A stretch of DNA of 64,000 bases. Source: Candidatus Saccharimonadales bacterium (GTDB lineage: Bacteria > Patescibacteriota > Saccharimonadia > Saccharimonadales > JBBQYC01). The translations under genes were made by a program, and so were the position numbers. The stretch is from NCBI GenBank assembly GCA_038209015.1, contig JBBQYC010000001.1, forward strand, positions 18,974-82,973, given 5' to 3'. Below the pieces are notes generated by a model that did not search any database, was not told the DNA's origin, and saw nothing but the letters and a program-made list of their open reading frames with translations. Below are positions 1 through 8,511 of the stretch, in pieces (the stretch's first letter is position 1; each line of letters starts with the position of its first letter).

Positions 1-1
1 A

Positions 2-1375
2 CATACCCTGTCCAAGCATGTTAGTGAAAATTATAAGGAACTGACATATCTGATAAGAAAATGCTATAAAAATGGTCGCTAAAAATAAACGAGGAAACGC
101 TTTCTTAACTGTGTAGGCGCTTACAAACTCAAAACCAAGAGCTGTGCTGATAACCATGATAAGCATGACTGGGATGAGAATAATATACGCAAGGTTACGC
201 AAGCGACCCCAAGTGCCTGCTATGCCATCATTTGCAATGTAAGCATCCGGGGTGTTAAGGAGGTCGGATATTTTATTGTCTAAGAATACAAATGTACTGT
301 CCGCAAAACGTAGAAATGGACAAAGCAACCACGATAGGTCACTTGTTTCGCACGACTGTTGCTCACCCTCCCCGACCGCATTACTACTACCAGTAATTGC
401 CGCAGCTGTTGCCTCGGCAGATTCCGAATCGGCGCCTGCGACTGTTACTTCGACCGTCTGGTTTGAGCCATCCTTTTTAATATCAAACGTCCCAGTGTTA
501 GTGCCAAGGGCATCTATTTGGGCCTGCGTAGCCTGTATATATAAGTCGCCGGTACAATCCTCGCTGCGGAACTGGTTTCGGCTTTCGCACCATACGAATG
601 TTCGTGTGTCTTGTTCGCTCGTAGAAACGTGCTGGATGGCACCGTCGTCAGTAACGTTATAGGTAATATTAAAATTACTAAGACTACCCTGCTGTAGATC
701 TTTGTAGACCTTAACGCCTTTTAGACCGGCGCTAATACTATCAAAACATTCCCAAATCGGTCCCTTGTCATCATTGTTTTTGTTATGGAAAACAAAGTTT
801 CCATTCTGCGACGTACAGGTTACCTGTTCAACCTCATCCTCTTCGATACCCATAACCAGCTCTATATTTGCCAAAAGTCCTTGTAGGTCGCTAGCGGACA
901 CGGCTTTATCATTTCCGCCGAATGCGTCCCCCACCTTACTTCCAAGATCACCACTGAATTCATCTAATACGGATTCATCATTATCATCTCCATTGCTGTC
1001 CCCGCGCGCGTAGTTGAAGGTGTTATCGCCGGTGTTGCGGTCATAATATTTTCCGCCTATAGCATCCTGAAATTTAATATCGTCGATTATATACTGCTGA
1101 TTTGCCCCTGTTGGACTGGCACAGTCACCCGCACCAATATAGGTAATTTCAAATACTGCTCGGTTGATAATTTTAATTCGGAAGATACCGTCAGTTTCGT
1201 GATTGTCATTGCTACCAAGATCATTGGTTTGAATCACGCACAAATCATCGAGGTTTTCATCAGCATATACTGTTCTGGATTGTTCAGGTAATGGGATGGC
1301 AGAAAAAAGACTCACAAAAAGCGTGAATGTAAGAAACCACAGGGAGATCCCTGCTTTATTTATTTTGAAACCCAT
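2..1375 (-). CDS. Large membrane protein, VirB6/TrbL-like component of the CPR T4SS-like locus (partial, runs off the left edge)
   Basis: Absent from the ORF track because its stop lies outside the window. Translated by hand at both ends: ATG 1375 gives MGFKINKAGISLWFLTFTLFVSLF (signal-like), and the in-frame left end reads SWLLCPFLRFAD...WGRLRNLAYIILIPVMLIMVIS...AYTVKKAFPRLFLATIFI, typical of CPR VirB6-like proteins. Divergent from the pilin array. Confidence 0.7.
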   Translation of the reverse strand, partial: MGFKINKAGISLWFLTFTLFVSLFSAIPLPEQSRTVYADENLDDLCVIQTNDLGSNDNHETDGIFRIKIINRAVFEITYIGAGDCASPTGANQQYIIDDIKFQDAIGGKYYDRNTGDNTFNYARGDSNGDDNDESVLDEFSGDLGSKVGDAFGGNDKAVSASDLQGLLANIELVMGIEEDEVEQVTCTSQNGNFVFHNKNNDDKGPIWECFDSISAGLKGVKVYKDLQQGSLSNFNITYNVTDDGAIQHVSTSEQDTRTFVWCESRNQFRSEDCTGDLYIQATQAQIDALGTNTGTFDIKKDGSNQTVEVTVAGADSESAEATAAAITGSSNAVGEGEQQSCETSDLSWLLCPFLRFADSTFVFLDNKISDLLNTPDAYIANDGIAGTWGRLRNLAYIILIPVMLIMVISTALGFEFVSAYTVKKAFPRLFLATIFIAFSYQICQFLIIFTNMLGQGM

Positions 1376-1463
1376 AAAATTATTCTAACATTACTAGTGA
1401 AGAAACTGCTAACGCTGGTCAAACATACATTTAATACCTATAATATGATATACCTTTATATAT

Positions 1464-2150
1464 ATGACTAAAAAACAAACATTATTTCTCGGCTTGACTC
1501 AACTAGTCCTACTAGCAGCTACTTTTTTGGTATTTTCTGCACCAAAAGTAAGTGCACAAACACCACCACAATGCCAGGGTGCGGGTTCAGCGGATGCAAT
1601 GGAAGCATGTTCGCGAAATGCTATTGAAGACGAGTGTGGAGAAGCCCCAAGTGCTGGGACGCCTATTCGGCAAGCTGAGGCTTATGAAGAGTGTAGGCGC
1701 AGTACTACTTCAGGTGATAGCGATAATGATGGTATCTCCGACGAAATTGAGGAAATATGTGGAACGCCCACGAATGACTCCCAGTCCCAAGGCTTCGATG
1801 CATGTCGACAACAAGTTGAAGCAGGTACCCACCCATCACAACAACAATCAACAGGAGGATCGAACGAAACTGTTCAAAGTACTGGCAGTCTAGACGGCGA
1901 CTGCAAGGATATTAATGACTGCAAGATAATCGGATATCTGCGTGACTTCATCAATCTCTTATCCGTAGTTGTAGGTATAGTCGTTGCGATAATGATAGTG
2001 GTGGGCGGTATTCAGTACAGCGCTTCACGGGATAATCCACAGGCAACGGCAGCGGCGAAACAACGGGTCACAAACGCTGTCATAGCACTTGTTGTCTACG
2101 TGTTTATATTCGCTATACTTGAATACTTGGTCCCTGGAGGTGTGTTCTAA
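1464..2150 (+). CDS. T4SS (VirB2/TrbC-like) pilin with long Cys-rich N-terminal extension
   Basis: Signal peptide, Cys-rich variable region, C-terminal IMIVVGGIQYSAS...AAKQRVTNAVIAL pilin motif. Confidence 0.8.
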   Translation: MTKKQTLFLGLTQLVLLAATFLVFSAPKVSAQTPPQCQGAGSADAMEACSRNAIEDECGEAPSAGTPIRQAEAYEECRRSTTSGDSDNDGISDEIEEICGTPTNDSQSQGFDACRQQVEAGTHPSQQQSTGGSNETVQSTGSLDGDCKDINDCKIIGYLRDFINLLSVVVGIVVAIMIVVGGIQYSASRDNPQATAAAKQRVTNAVIALVVYVFIFAILEYLVPGGVF

Positions 2151-2536
2151 TGCTACAGACTCTTACTCGATTTGCAGCCACCTGTCAGGATCTCGGCGGC
2201 AGCTTACCAGATAGAATATATGGTATCCCAACATGGTATAAGTATTTGCCATCGGAAGATGTTGCGGGTAAATGCTCACCTGTCATAGATTTGAGTGGCG
2301 ATGGTCAAGCGTCGGTGATTGCAATATTGTTAGCCGTATTCGATATACTGATATTTTTTGCAGGTCTCATTGCTGTAGGGTACGTTATATTCGGGGCTAT
2401 TCAGTTTATGGTGAGCCAGGGTGAGCCAGATAAAATCAAGAACGCTCGAAACACTGTTATGAATGCGCTCGTCGGACTTGTGCTTGTTCTGGTCTCAACC
2501 GTCGTCGTTAATCTAATAGGAAACACTCTTACATGA
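2150..2536 (+). CDS. T4SS (VirB2-like) pilin
   Basis: PTWYKYL motif; FGAIQFMVSQGEPDKIKNARNTVMNALVGL. Confidence 0.8.
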   Translation: MLQTLTRFAATCQDLGGSLPDRIYGIPTWYKYLPSEDVAGKCSPVIDLSGDGQASVIAILLAVFDILIFFAGLIAVGYVIFGAIQFMVSQGEPDKIKNARNTVMNALVGLVLVLVSTVVVNLIGNTLT

Positions 2537-2820
2537 AATTTTTAGCGCAGTTTACAAAAGACGATTTCCCATCCATTCCAGACGCACCCGACCCAACCAA
2601 AGGCTTACCTCTAGCTGACGCTATGCAACTCATCTTTGGAATAATTGGAGTGATTGCAGTCGTGATGATAATGGTCGGCGGCTTTAAGTACATTGCATCA
2701 CAGGGTAATCCGCAAGAAACAGCCAAAGCAAAAAATACTATTTTGTACGCGGTCATAGGTCTTGTGCTCGCAGCCAGCGCATTTACCATTGTTTCGTTCA
2801 TAGTGGAGACAGCCAAATGA
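2533..2820 (+). CDS. T4SS (VirB2-like) pilin
   Basis: GGFKYIASQGNPQETAKAKNTILYAVIGL. Confidence 0.85.
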   Translation: MKFLAQFTKDDFPSIPDAPDPTKGLPLADAMQLIFGIIGVIAVVMIMVGGFKYIASQGNPQETAKAKNTILYAVIGLVLAASAFTIVSFIVETAK

Positions 2821-3230
2821 TTCGGTTAGCGCTAATGGCGACATTTATGGCATTATTTTGCGTGTTTCAGTTTGCGACTGTACCTGCTGCGGCAGAAGTG
2901 CTTGATCCTGCATGCGACATTACCACCACTGACGAGAACGGTAAGCAGATAAAGTCCCCTTTGTGTCCCGATGAAAACGAAACCATAGATGATAATTCCC
3001 TGTTCGGCCCAGGCGGTATAGCCACGCGACTCGTTAACCTGTTCTCATACATTATTGCTATTGCTGGCGTGATAGTAATCATCATCGGTGGATTCAAATA
3101 TGTTATATCGTCGGGCGACCAACAAAACATAAATAATGCCAAAAACACCATTTTGTACGCAGTCATAGGACTGGCAATAGCCGCTGTTGCCCAATTATTT
3201 GTCAGATTTGTGTTGTATAATATTAAGTAA
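2817..3230 (+). CDS. T4SS (VirB2-like) pilin
   Basis: Signal peptide, Cys pair, GGFKYVISSGDQQNINNAKNTILYAVIGL. Confidence 0.85.
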   Translation: MIRLALMATFMALFCVFQFATVPAAAEVLDPACDITTTDENGKQIKSPLCPDENETIDDNSLFGPGGIATRLVNLFSYIIAIAGVIVIIIGGFKYVISSGDQQNINNAKNTILYAVIGLAIAAVAQLFVRFVLYNIK

Positions 3231-3250
3231 GCAATTAAAAGGATATCTAT

Positions 3251-3673
3251 ATGCAAAAAATAAAACAGTTTTTATCAACATCATTGAACGCGAGCCTAAT
3301 AGCTATGCTGCTTGCTTTTGGAGTTATCGCAATGGCAAGCGTGCCAGTAAATGCGCAAGCCGATGAAATATGTAAAGGTGTCGGTTACGTTGACAATGAC
3401 CCTAATAAAACCGAATGTGACGCAAGTGCGGACGGTACGGTTCGGAAAGTCGTCAAACTAGTCATAAATGTGTTTAGCTGGATAGTTGGAATTATCTCTG
3501 TCATCATGATTATCATCGGTGGACTTAAGTACATTACTTCGACTGGTGAAAGCAGCAATATTAATAGTGCCAAGAACACGATACTCTATGCCATCATCGG
3601 TTTAGTAGTGGTTGCCTTAGCTCAGATTATTGTTCTATTCGTTCTTGGTAGCGTGGACAGTCAGACTTCATAG
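3251..3673 (+). CDS. T4SS (VirB2-like) pilin
   Basis: Signal peptide, Cys pair, GGLKYITSTGESSNINSAKNTILYAIIGL; AAGGA RBS. Confidence 0.85.
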   Translation: MQKIKQFLSTSLNASLIAMLLAFGVIAMASVPVNAQADEICKGVGYVDNDPNKTECDASADGTVRKVVKLVINVFSWIVGIISVIMIIIGGLKYITSTGESSNINSAKNTILYAIIGLVVVALAQIIVLFVLGSVDSQTS

Positions 3674-3745
3674 CGGATAGCTAAGAGTTGTCATCAGAGT
3701 TCTATCTGTGATATAACACCTATAAATCAATAAGAAAGGTTTTCA

Positions 3746-4162
3746 ATGTTAAAACGAATTAAATCAACGCTCACCAGCTTGTTGCTCAGTTCTATGTTCT
3801 TCCTACCAATGGCCGTACCAGCGACTGTTGCCGCCCAGGATCTCGTAGACTGTGAAGGAATTCAGGGCTGTTTAACTGAAGGTGCAGATAAAACTGGCGA
3901 TGCCACAGCTGACGAGGCTGGCACGCAGGTAAACAATATTGTGCGTTTAGTCATTAACACCTTTTCATGGGTTGTTGGAATCATCTCTGTCATCATGATT
4001 ATCATCGGTGGACTTAAGTACATTACCTCCGGTGGTGAAGGTAGCAATATCTCCGCAGCCAAAAACACGATACTCTACGCCATCATCGGTTTAGTCATTG
4101 TGGCACTTGCTCAGATTGTAGTTCAGTTCGTACTAAAGAACGTTACTGATTCCTCTGTCTAA
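3746..4162 (+). CDS. T4SS (VirB2-like) pilin, possibly the major one (own promoter)
   Basis: Same motif; upstream TGTGATATAA -10-like box and AAAGG RBS. Confidence 0.85.
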   Translation: MLKRIKSTLTSLLLSSMFFLPMAVPATVAAQDLVDCEGIQGCLTEGADKTGDATADEAGTQVNNIVRLVINTFSWVVGIISVIMIIIGGLKYITSGGEGSNISAAKNTILYAIIGLVIVALAQIVVQFVLKNVTDSSV

Positions 4163-4179
4163 CACTAGCTAGAAGATTC

Positions 4180-4249
4180 AAAAAGACTCCCTTTCCAGGG
4201 AGCCTTTTGTTTTATATTAAAAACTCCTCGGTAGCGAGGAGTTTTTAAT
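4180..4249. terminator. Two back-to-back intrinsic terminators between convergent pilin and hsp20 genes
   Basis: AAAAGACTCCCT-TTCC-AGGGAGCCTTTT and TTAAAAACTCCTCG-GTAG-CGAGGAGTTTTTAA. Confidence 0.85.
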
Positions 4250-4265
4250 TACTAAGACTAGGGCC

Positions 4266-4757
4266 TTAGAGGACTTGGATTTTCTTTACCGTGTCTTGTT
4301 TGACCTTAGTGAAAGAAATAGTCAGCACACCGTCTTTAAGAACAGCTTCAATCTCTTCTTCTTTAACGGGAACTGGTAAGGCAATACTGCGGCTAAATTC
4401 ACCCCAGTAACATTCCTGAACAAAGTAATTCTCTACATTCTCATCGTTACCAGCGCTCAATGTACCACGGATACTAAGCGTATTGTCGGCAATACTTACA
4501 TCTAGATCCGCCTTGTTAACACCGGCTACCCTGCCCTTTACGACAAGTCGTTCTTTGGTTTCGTATACGTCTACGGCGAGCTGTCCTGGGACTGCTTCAT
4601 CTTCAGTCCAGTCATCTTCAGTAATTGGCGCACTCTGTGGCATAGCTGGTTGTTGTTGCCCTTGGTCTGTCGGCACGTCGAATTCTTCCTCACCTAGAAA
4701 CGCTGCTGTCAGCTCATCTTCCATCAATAAATCGTCGTCACGGCCTTTACGTGCCAT
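4266..4757 (-). CDS. Hsp20/alpha-crystallin small heat shock protein
   Basis: LAVDVYET...ECYWGEFSRSIALP...A-LKDGVLTI; ATG 4757 follows a GAGG RBS. Confidence 0.92.
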   Translation of the reverse strand: MARKGRDDDLLMEDELTAAFLGEEEFDVPTDQGQQQPAMPQSAPITEDDWTEDEAVPGQLAVDVYETKERLVVKGRVAGVNKADLDVSIADNTLSIRGTLSAGNDENVENYFVQECYWGEFSRSIALPVPVKEEEIEAVLKDGVLTISFTKVKQDTVKKIQVL

Positions 4758-4934
4758 TGTTGTTACCCTCCGCGTCAAAAGACGTTAAAAACTAAGTATT
4801 TTTGGCTTTTTGTTAAATCTAGTATATCCGTGTATATCCAGAGGTGCAACAGCTAGGTCGTTTTATTACAACACAATAATCACAACATGCACTCCACTCA
4901 TGGTTAAATGAGGCAACAATTATAATATATACCA

Positions 4935-5603
4935 ATGCAATTACTCGATAGGATCTTATCGATAGTGGCACCGCTAGAGTGTATGGGGTGCTCGAGTGAG
5001 GAAGGCGTACTCTGCACAATGTGCTTGAATACCCTGCCTCTTGTTCCTAGCCGGTGCTATCGCTGCCAGGCTGCCACCAATAACTTTGAAGTCTGTGGAA
5101 GCTGCCGTAAATACACCAAGCTCGGACATGTCTGGGTTGCAACTGTATATGAAGGGCTTATTAAAGAAGTAATCCATGCCTACAAATATGAGCGAGTACT
5201 ATCGGCGCATAAACAGCTGAGTATGATGCTAGTTGATGCGCTGCCACTAGTCAGTGATATGATTGTGGTGTCTGTGCCAACCGCAACATCAAGGGTAAGA
5301 CAGCGAGGCTACGATCACACTTTGCTGATAGCCAAGGATGTAGCTTTCCAAAAAAACTTGATTAGGAAGCGACCGATGGTTCGGTTTTCTCAATCACGTC
5401 AGGTTGGATCAAGCAGAAAGGCACGTTTTGAACAGTTATCGAACAGTTTTTTTGTCACCCGCCCCCAGGATATTATCGGCAAAAAAGTACTAATTATTGA
5501 CGATGTCATAACAACGGGCGCAACCGTCGAAACCATTGCCGCTCTGTTGAAATCTACAGGAGCGAAAGAAGTGAATGCATTGGTTTGTTCTCAAAAACTC
5601 TGA
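4935..5603 (+). CDS. comF: ComF family protein (double zinc ribbon + PRTase domain)
   Basis: CxxC pairs, RQRGYDH, VLIIDDVITTGAT. Confidence 0.92.
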   Translation: MQLLDRILSIVAPLECMGCSSEEGVLCTMCLNTLPLVPSRCYRCQAATNNFEVCGSCRKYTKLGHVWVATVYEGLIKEVIHAYKYERVLSAHKQLSMMLVDALPLVSDMIVVSVPTATSRVRQRGYDHTLLIAKDVAFQKNLIRKRPMVRFSQSRQVGSSRKARFEQLSNSFFVTRPQDIIGKKVLIIDDVITTGATVETIAALLKSTGAKEVNALVCSQKL

Positions 5604-5777
5604 TTTGTACCAAAGATAAAAGCTGATATAATCACCCCTGTTACAATTTACAGCTGTTTCAGGATTGCAATTAGCGATACGCTGACTGTAGTTTTGATAA
5701 AAGTGATCGGTGTGGGTATGCCTTTTTGTCGATAATATGTTTACCGACAGATAGTATACCCACCTACGCTTTACCTT

Positions 5778-5870
5778 GGAGAGGTACCCAAGTGGCTGAA
5801 GGGGCGGCTTTGCTAAAGCTGTAGGGGGGCGCAAGTCCCCGCGAGGGTTCGAATCCCTCTCTCTCCGCCA
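5778..5870 (+). tRNA. tRNA-Ser(GCT)
   Basis: GGAGAGG acceptor, anticodon arm CGGCT-TTGCTAA-AGCTG, long variable arm, GGTTCGAATCC, CCA end. Confidence 0.95.
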
Positions 5871-6024
5871 GGAAAGGAGTGGTCATGGGTAGTATGGCCC
5901 TTCTTTCCTAGAGAATTTTGAACACAAGGTTCGATAATCGAATGATATTTATACTGAAGTCAAAATTGCCAATTTTCTAAGATAAAACAGTTTTGGCTTG
6001 AAGTATTAGCCCTCTCTGCCGATG

Positions 6025-6378
6025 CTAGTCCATATTTATTCTATGTATTTCTTTCGGTATTACTGATCTACGATTAGCCAAACACATTTTTATGAGAAAT
6101 TCTTCGTCTTTCGGCTTATAAATATATAACCAGTCATACTCGTTGATAGCTGACTTCTTGATAACATACCCTTTTGAATTTGAATGAATTTTCCGTAGGT
6201 CTACTTCTTTGCCTCCAAAATACTTAACCTGCACCCGCCATAAACCCAATGAGTCATCAACGATAAGATCATAGGCTGCAGATTCCGTAAGGGGTAGCGA
6301 AATATCGAAACCCATTTTAGTAAATGTAGCAATAGCTTGTGTTACGGCTATATCCCCTTTTCGTTGAGTCGGTCTCAT
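6025..6378 (-). CDS. PD-(D/E)XK endonuclease (group I intron-associated/PDDEXK_5-like)
   Basis: KGDIA...PL..S..YDLIVD...RVQVKY pattern. Confidence 0.8.
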   Translation of the reverse strand: MRPTQRKGDIAVTQAIATFTKMGFDISLPLTESAAYDLIVDDSLGLWRVQVKYFGGKEVDLRKIHSNSKGYVIKKSAINEYDWLYIYKPKDEEFLIKMCLANRRSVIPKEIHRINMD

Positions 6379-6444
6379 AGGTAAATAGTAACATTAAACG
6401 GTTTAGTATACCGTTGATTTTTTATGATATAATTTTACGCTATT

Positions 6445-6534
6445 GGAGAGATGACCGAGTGGTTGAAGGTACTTGTCTTGAAAACAAGCGTGCCCGCAAG
6501 GGTACCGTGGGTTCGAATCCCACTCTCTCCGCCA
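6445..6534 (+). tRNA. tRNA-Ser(TGA)
   Basis: Anticodon arm CTTGT-CTTGAAA-ACAAG, long variable arm, CCA; extended -10 TGATATAAT upstream. Confidence 0.95.
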
Positions 6535-6539
6535 AGAAG

Positions 6540-6565
6540 AAAAACTCACTCCAGTGAGTTTTTTA
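6540..6565 (+). terminator. Intrinsic terminator after tRNA-Ser(TGA)
   Basis: AAAAACTCACT-CC-AGTGAGTTTTTT. Confidence 0.8.
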
Positions 6566-6644
6566 ATTTCGTTACTTATGCATCGTAGGGGTTTTGTAGT
6601 CAACTTGGTACAATATGCTTATGTCCAGTAGTGAGCTCTCTGCA

Positions 6645-6932
6645 ATGTTCTGTTATGTATATCTCCTTCGATCTGAGATGAGCAATAATTGGTATGTCGG
6701 TTTTACTAACGATTTACGCAAAAGATTAACAGAACACAACAATGGCTTGAATCGTTCAATAGCCCATGGTAAACCGTGGGTATTTGAATACTACGAGGCG
6801 CATCGGAATGAGACTGATGCACGAAGGCGAGAGAATTATCTTAAAACCAGCGCTGGTCATCAGACACTACGTAGAACGTTACGCGAACAACTAAGCCGCC
6901 GCGATTCAAGCCGGCAGAAAGTCTACTACTAG
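6645..6932 (+). CDS. GIY-YIG nuclease
   Basis: YVYLL...WYVGFTNDLRKRLTEHN...ARRRENYLK; start may be 6615 or 6645. Confidence 0.88.
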   Translation: MFCYVYLLRSEMSNNWYVGFTNDLRKRLTEHNNGLNRSIAHGKPWVFEYYEAHRNETDARRRENYLKTSAGHQTLRRTLREQLSRRDSSRQKVYY

Positions 6933-6934
6933 GT

Positions 6935-7555
6935 ATGCAACCAGGGGAAACAATCACACCGGGACAGACAACTGAACCATCTGGCGAAACCGAACAGAAG
7001 TTTCGCTACAGTGCAGAACCTGCTAACCCGCAACCATCCCCTACTCCAGTGCCTCCTACACAAAGCCCAGCACAACCAGAAGCGATATATGAACAAGCTA
7101 CTTTAGCCGAGTGGAGTGCTTCAGAATATATAGATCATCATAAATCCATAGAATGGTACGCGGTTCTAGTCTTAGCTTCGGTATTACTAGGCGGGTTGCT
7201 GTATCTTGTAACGCGTGACTGGATAAGCGTCGTCGTGGTTCTGCTAGCTGCTGGCATGTTCGGAATCAGTGGCGCCAAAAAGCCACGAACTCTCACATAT
7301 AGGATTACGGAGAGTGGCGTCCAGGTAGCGGGAAAACTGTATCCATATGAAGATATAAAAGTGTTCTCTGTGGTTAATGAGGGTGGTGTTAGCTCAATTC
7401 AACTCCTACCTCTCCGTAGATTTATGCCACCACTAAGTATTTACTATCCACCAGATATGGAAGAGCCTATATTTAATGCTTTAGCTAACTATCTCCCACA
7501 CGAAGAGAATAAACATGACCCCGTAGACCGTCTCATGAAGCGTTTGCGATTCTAG
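6935..7555 (+). CDS. Conserved two-TM membrane protein (PH-like/YcxB-like C-terminus)
   Basis: W-A-EY..H.KS..WY, two TM segments, Y.I...G..V...YPY..IK.F. Confidence 0.6.
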   Translation: MQPGETITPGQTTEPSGETEQKFRYSAEPANPQPSPTPVPPTQSPAQPEAIYEQATLAEWSASEYIDHHKSIEWYAVLVLASVLLGGLLYLVTRDWISVVVVLLAAGMFGISGAKKPRTLTYRITESGVQVAGKLYPYEDIKVFSVVNEGGVSSIQLLPLRRFMPPLSIYYPPDMEEPIFNALANYLPHEENKHDPVDRLMKRLRF

Positions 7556-7558
7556 TAG

Positions 7559-7996
7559 TTATTTCTTTTTTGGAAGTTTGAGCAATGTACGGAACGAGTT
7601 ACTTTTGAGTCTATTACCGTAATCATTCGCGCCCTTCGTTCCTGGTGCGACCAGTAAGTACACAGCGGCCAAGAAGTTAATAATAGGTACAACCGCAAAA
7701 ATAATGAGCCACCATGGCTGGTTTAGGTCGTGAAGCCTGCGCACAATTGTGCTGGTTTCTATAATTACCGCGATGAGCTGAAACATCCCTAACAGCAAAA
7801 GTCCAGCCCCGACTACCACCAGTTGATACAGGACTGAATCGGTACCATATTTTTCGAGGTATGTTCCTAGAACAATTGCCGGAGCCACTACGACTAACAC
7901 GATTGCCGCTAGGATGAGCGAAAAATATATCGACGTTAGAAGGAATTGTATGCGTGACAACCGCCCCTGGAAAAGAGATGTTATGTATTCAATCAT
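7559..7996 (-). CDS. DUF805 membrane protein
   Basis: FQGRLSR...VRRLHDLNQPWW...PGTKGANDYG. Confidence 0.88.
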   Translation of the reverse strand: MIEYITSLFQGRLSRIQFLLTSIYFSLILAAIVLVVVAPAIVLGTYLEKYGTDSVLYQLVVVGAGLLLLGMFQLIAVIIETSTIVRRLHDLNQPWWLIIFAVVPIINFLAAVYLLVAPGTKGANDYGNRLKSNSFRTLLKLPKKK

Positions 7997-8083
7997 TTAT
8001 TCAATAGTAGCACGACAAAATAAAAAGCCATCTTTCGACAGCTTTTGAATACATTTGGTACAGCATTATATACGAAGTTAGAA

Positions 8084-8314
8084 CTATTTTGGCTCTTGAA
8101 TGTCGCCTTCTAGAATGTATGTAGTTTCTACCTGGGCTTGTCGCATAAAAGGCTTTTCAGCTTGTGGCAGTACGGTCTCTAGTAGCTGTCTAGCAGCACT
8201 CAATTTTCTCGCAACTTCTATAACTTGGTCGGGTGGAGTATCAATAGGAACTCTAAGAGGGTCTCTACCGACTTCTTGAACCACATTTAGACCTTCTCTT
8301 GATTTCCTGAACAT
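8084..8314 (-). CDS. Hypothetical protein (cassette at the tRNA-Arg 3' end)
   Basis: 76-78 aa ORF; TAAACT 6 nt before ATG 8314. Confidence 0.55.
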   Translation of the reverse strand: MFRKSREGLNVVQEVGRDPLRVPIDTPPDQVIEVARKLSAARQLLETVLPQAEKPFMRQAQVETTYILEGDIQEPK

Positions 8315-8356
8315 ACTCACAGTTTAGCACTAAGCATCCAATCAAATGCGAACAAA

Positions 8357-8460
8357 ACACCAAACAAGATTCAAACTCGTTTCAAGATGATAAAAAACAG
8401 CTAACAAAAAAGAGATTGAAACTGACTTCAATCTCTATCTGTAATTTCACTCTGGTACAC
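8357..8460. repeat. Direct repeat copy 1 (tRNA-Arg 3' end + terminator + tRNA T-arm fragment)
   Basis: 104 bp imperfect match to 9259-9362. Confidence 0.9.
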
Positions 8461-8511
8461 GGTAATAAAGGAAGTTCAAACTGCTATAAACAGCTTGGTA
8501 GTTGCCTGAAA

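Noticed and set aside
252-1013. + strand ORFs 252-662 and 765-1013, and the many other short overlapping ORFs in the track
   Set aside because: They are antisense or off-frame shadows of well-supported genes or tRNAs (also 5490-5834, 6403-6603, 9733-9978 and those inside groEL and valS).
4780-4930. CIRCE upstream of hsp20
   Set aside because: Only a partial GCACTC half-site is present, with no matching arm at 9 nt spacing.
5778-6534. Group I intron in a tRNA hosting the PD-(D/E)XK nuclease
   Set aside because: Both flanking tRNA-Ser genes are complete and uninterrupted, and the nuclease is on the opposite strand.
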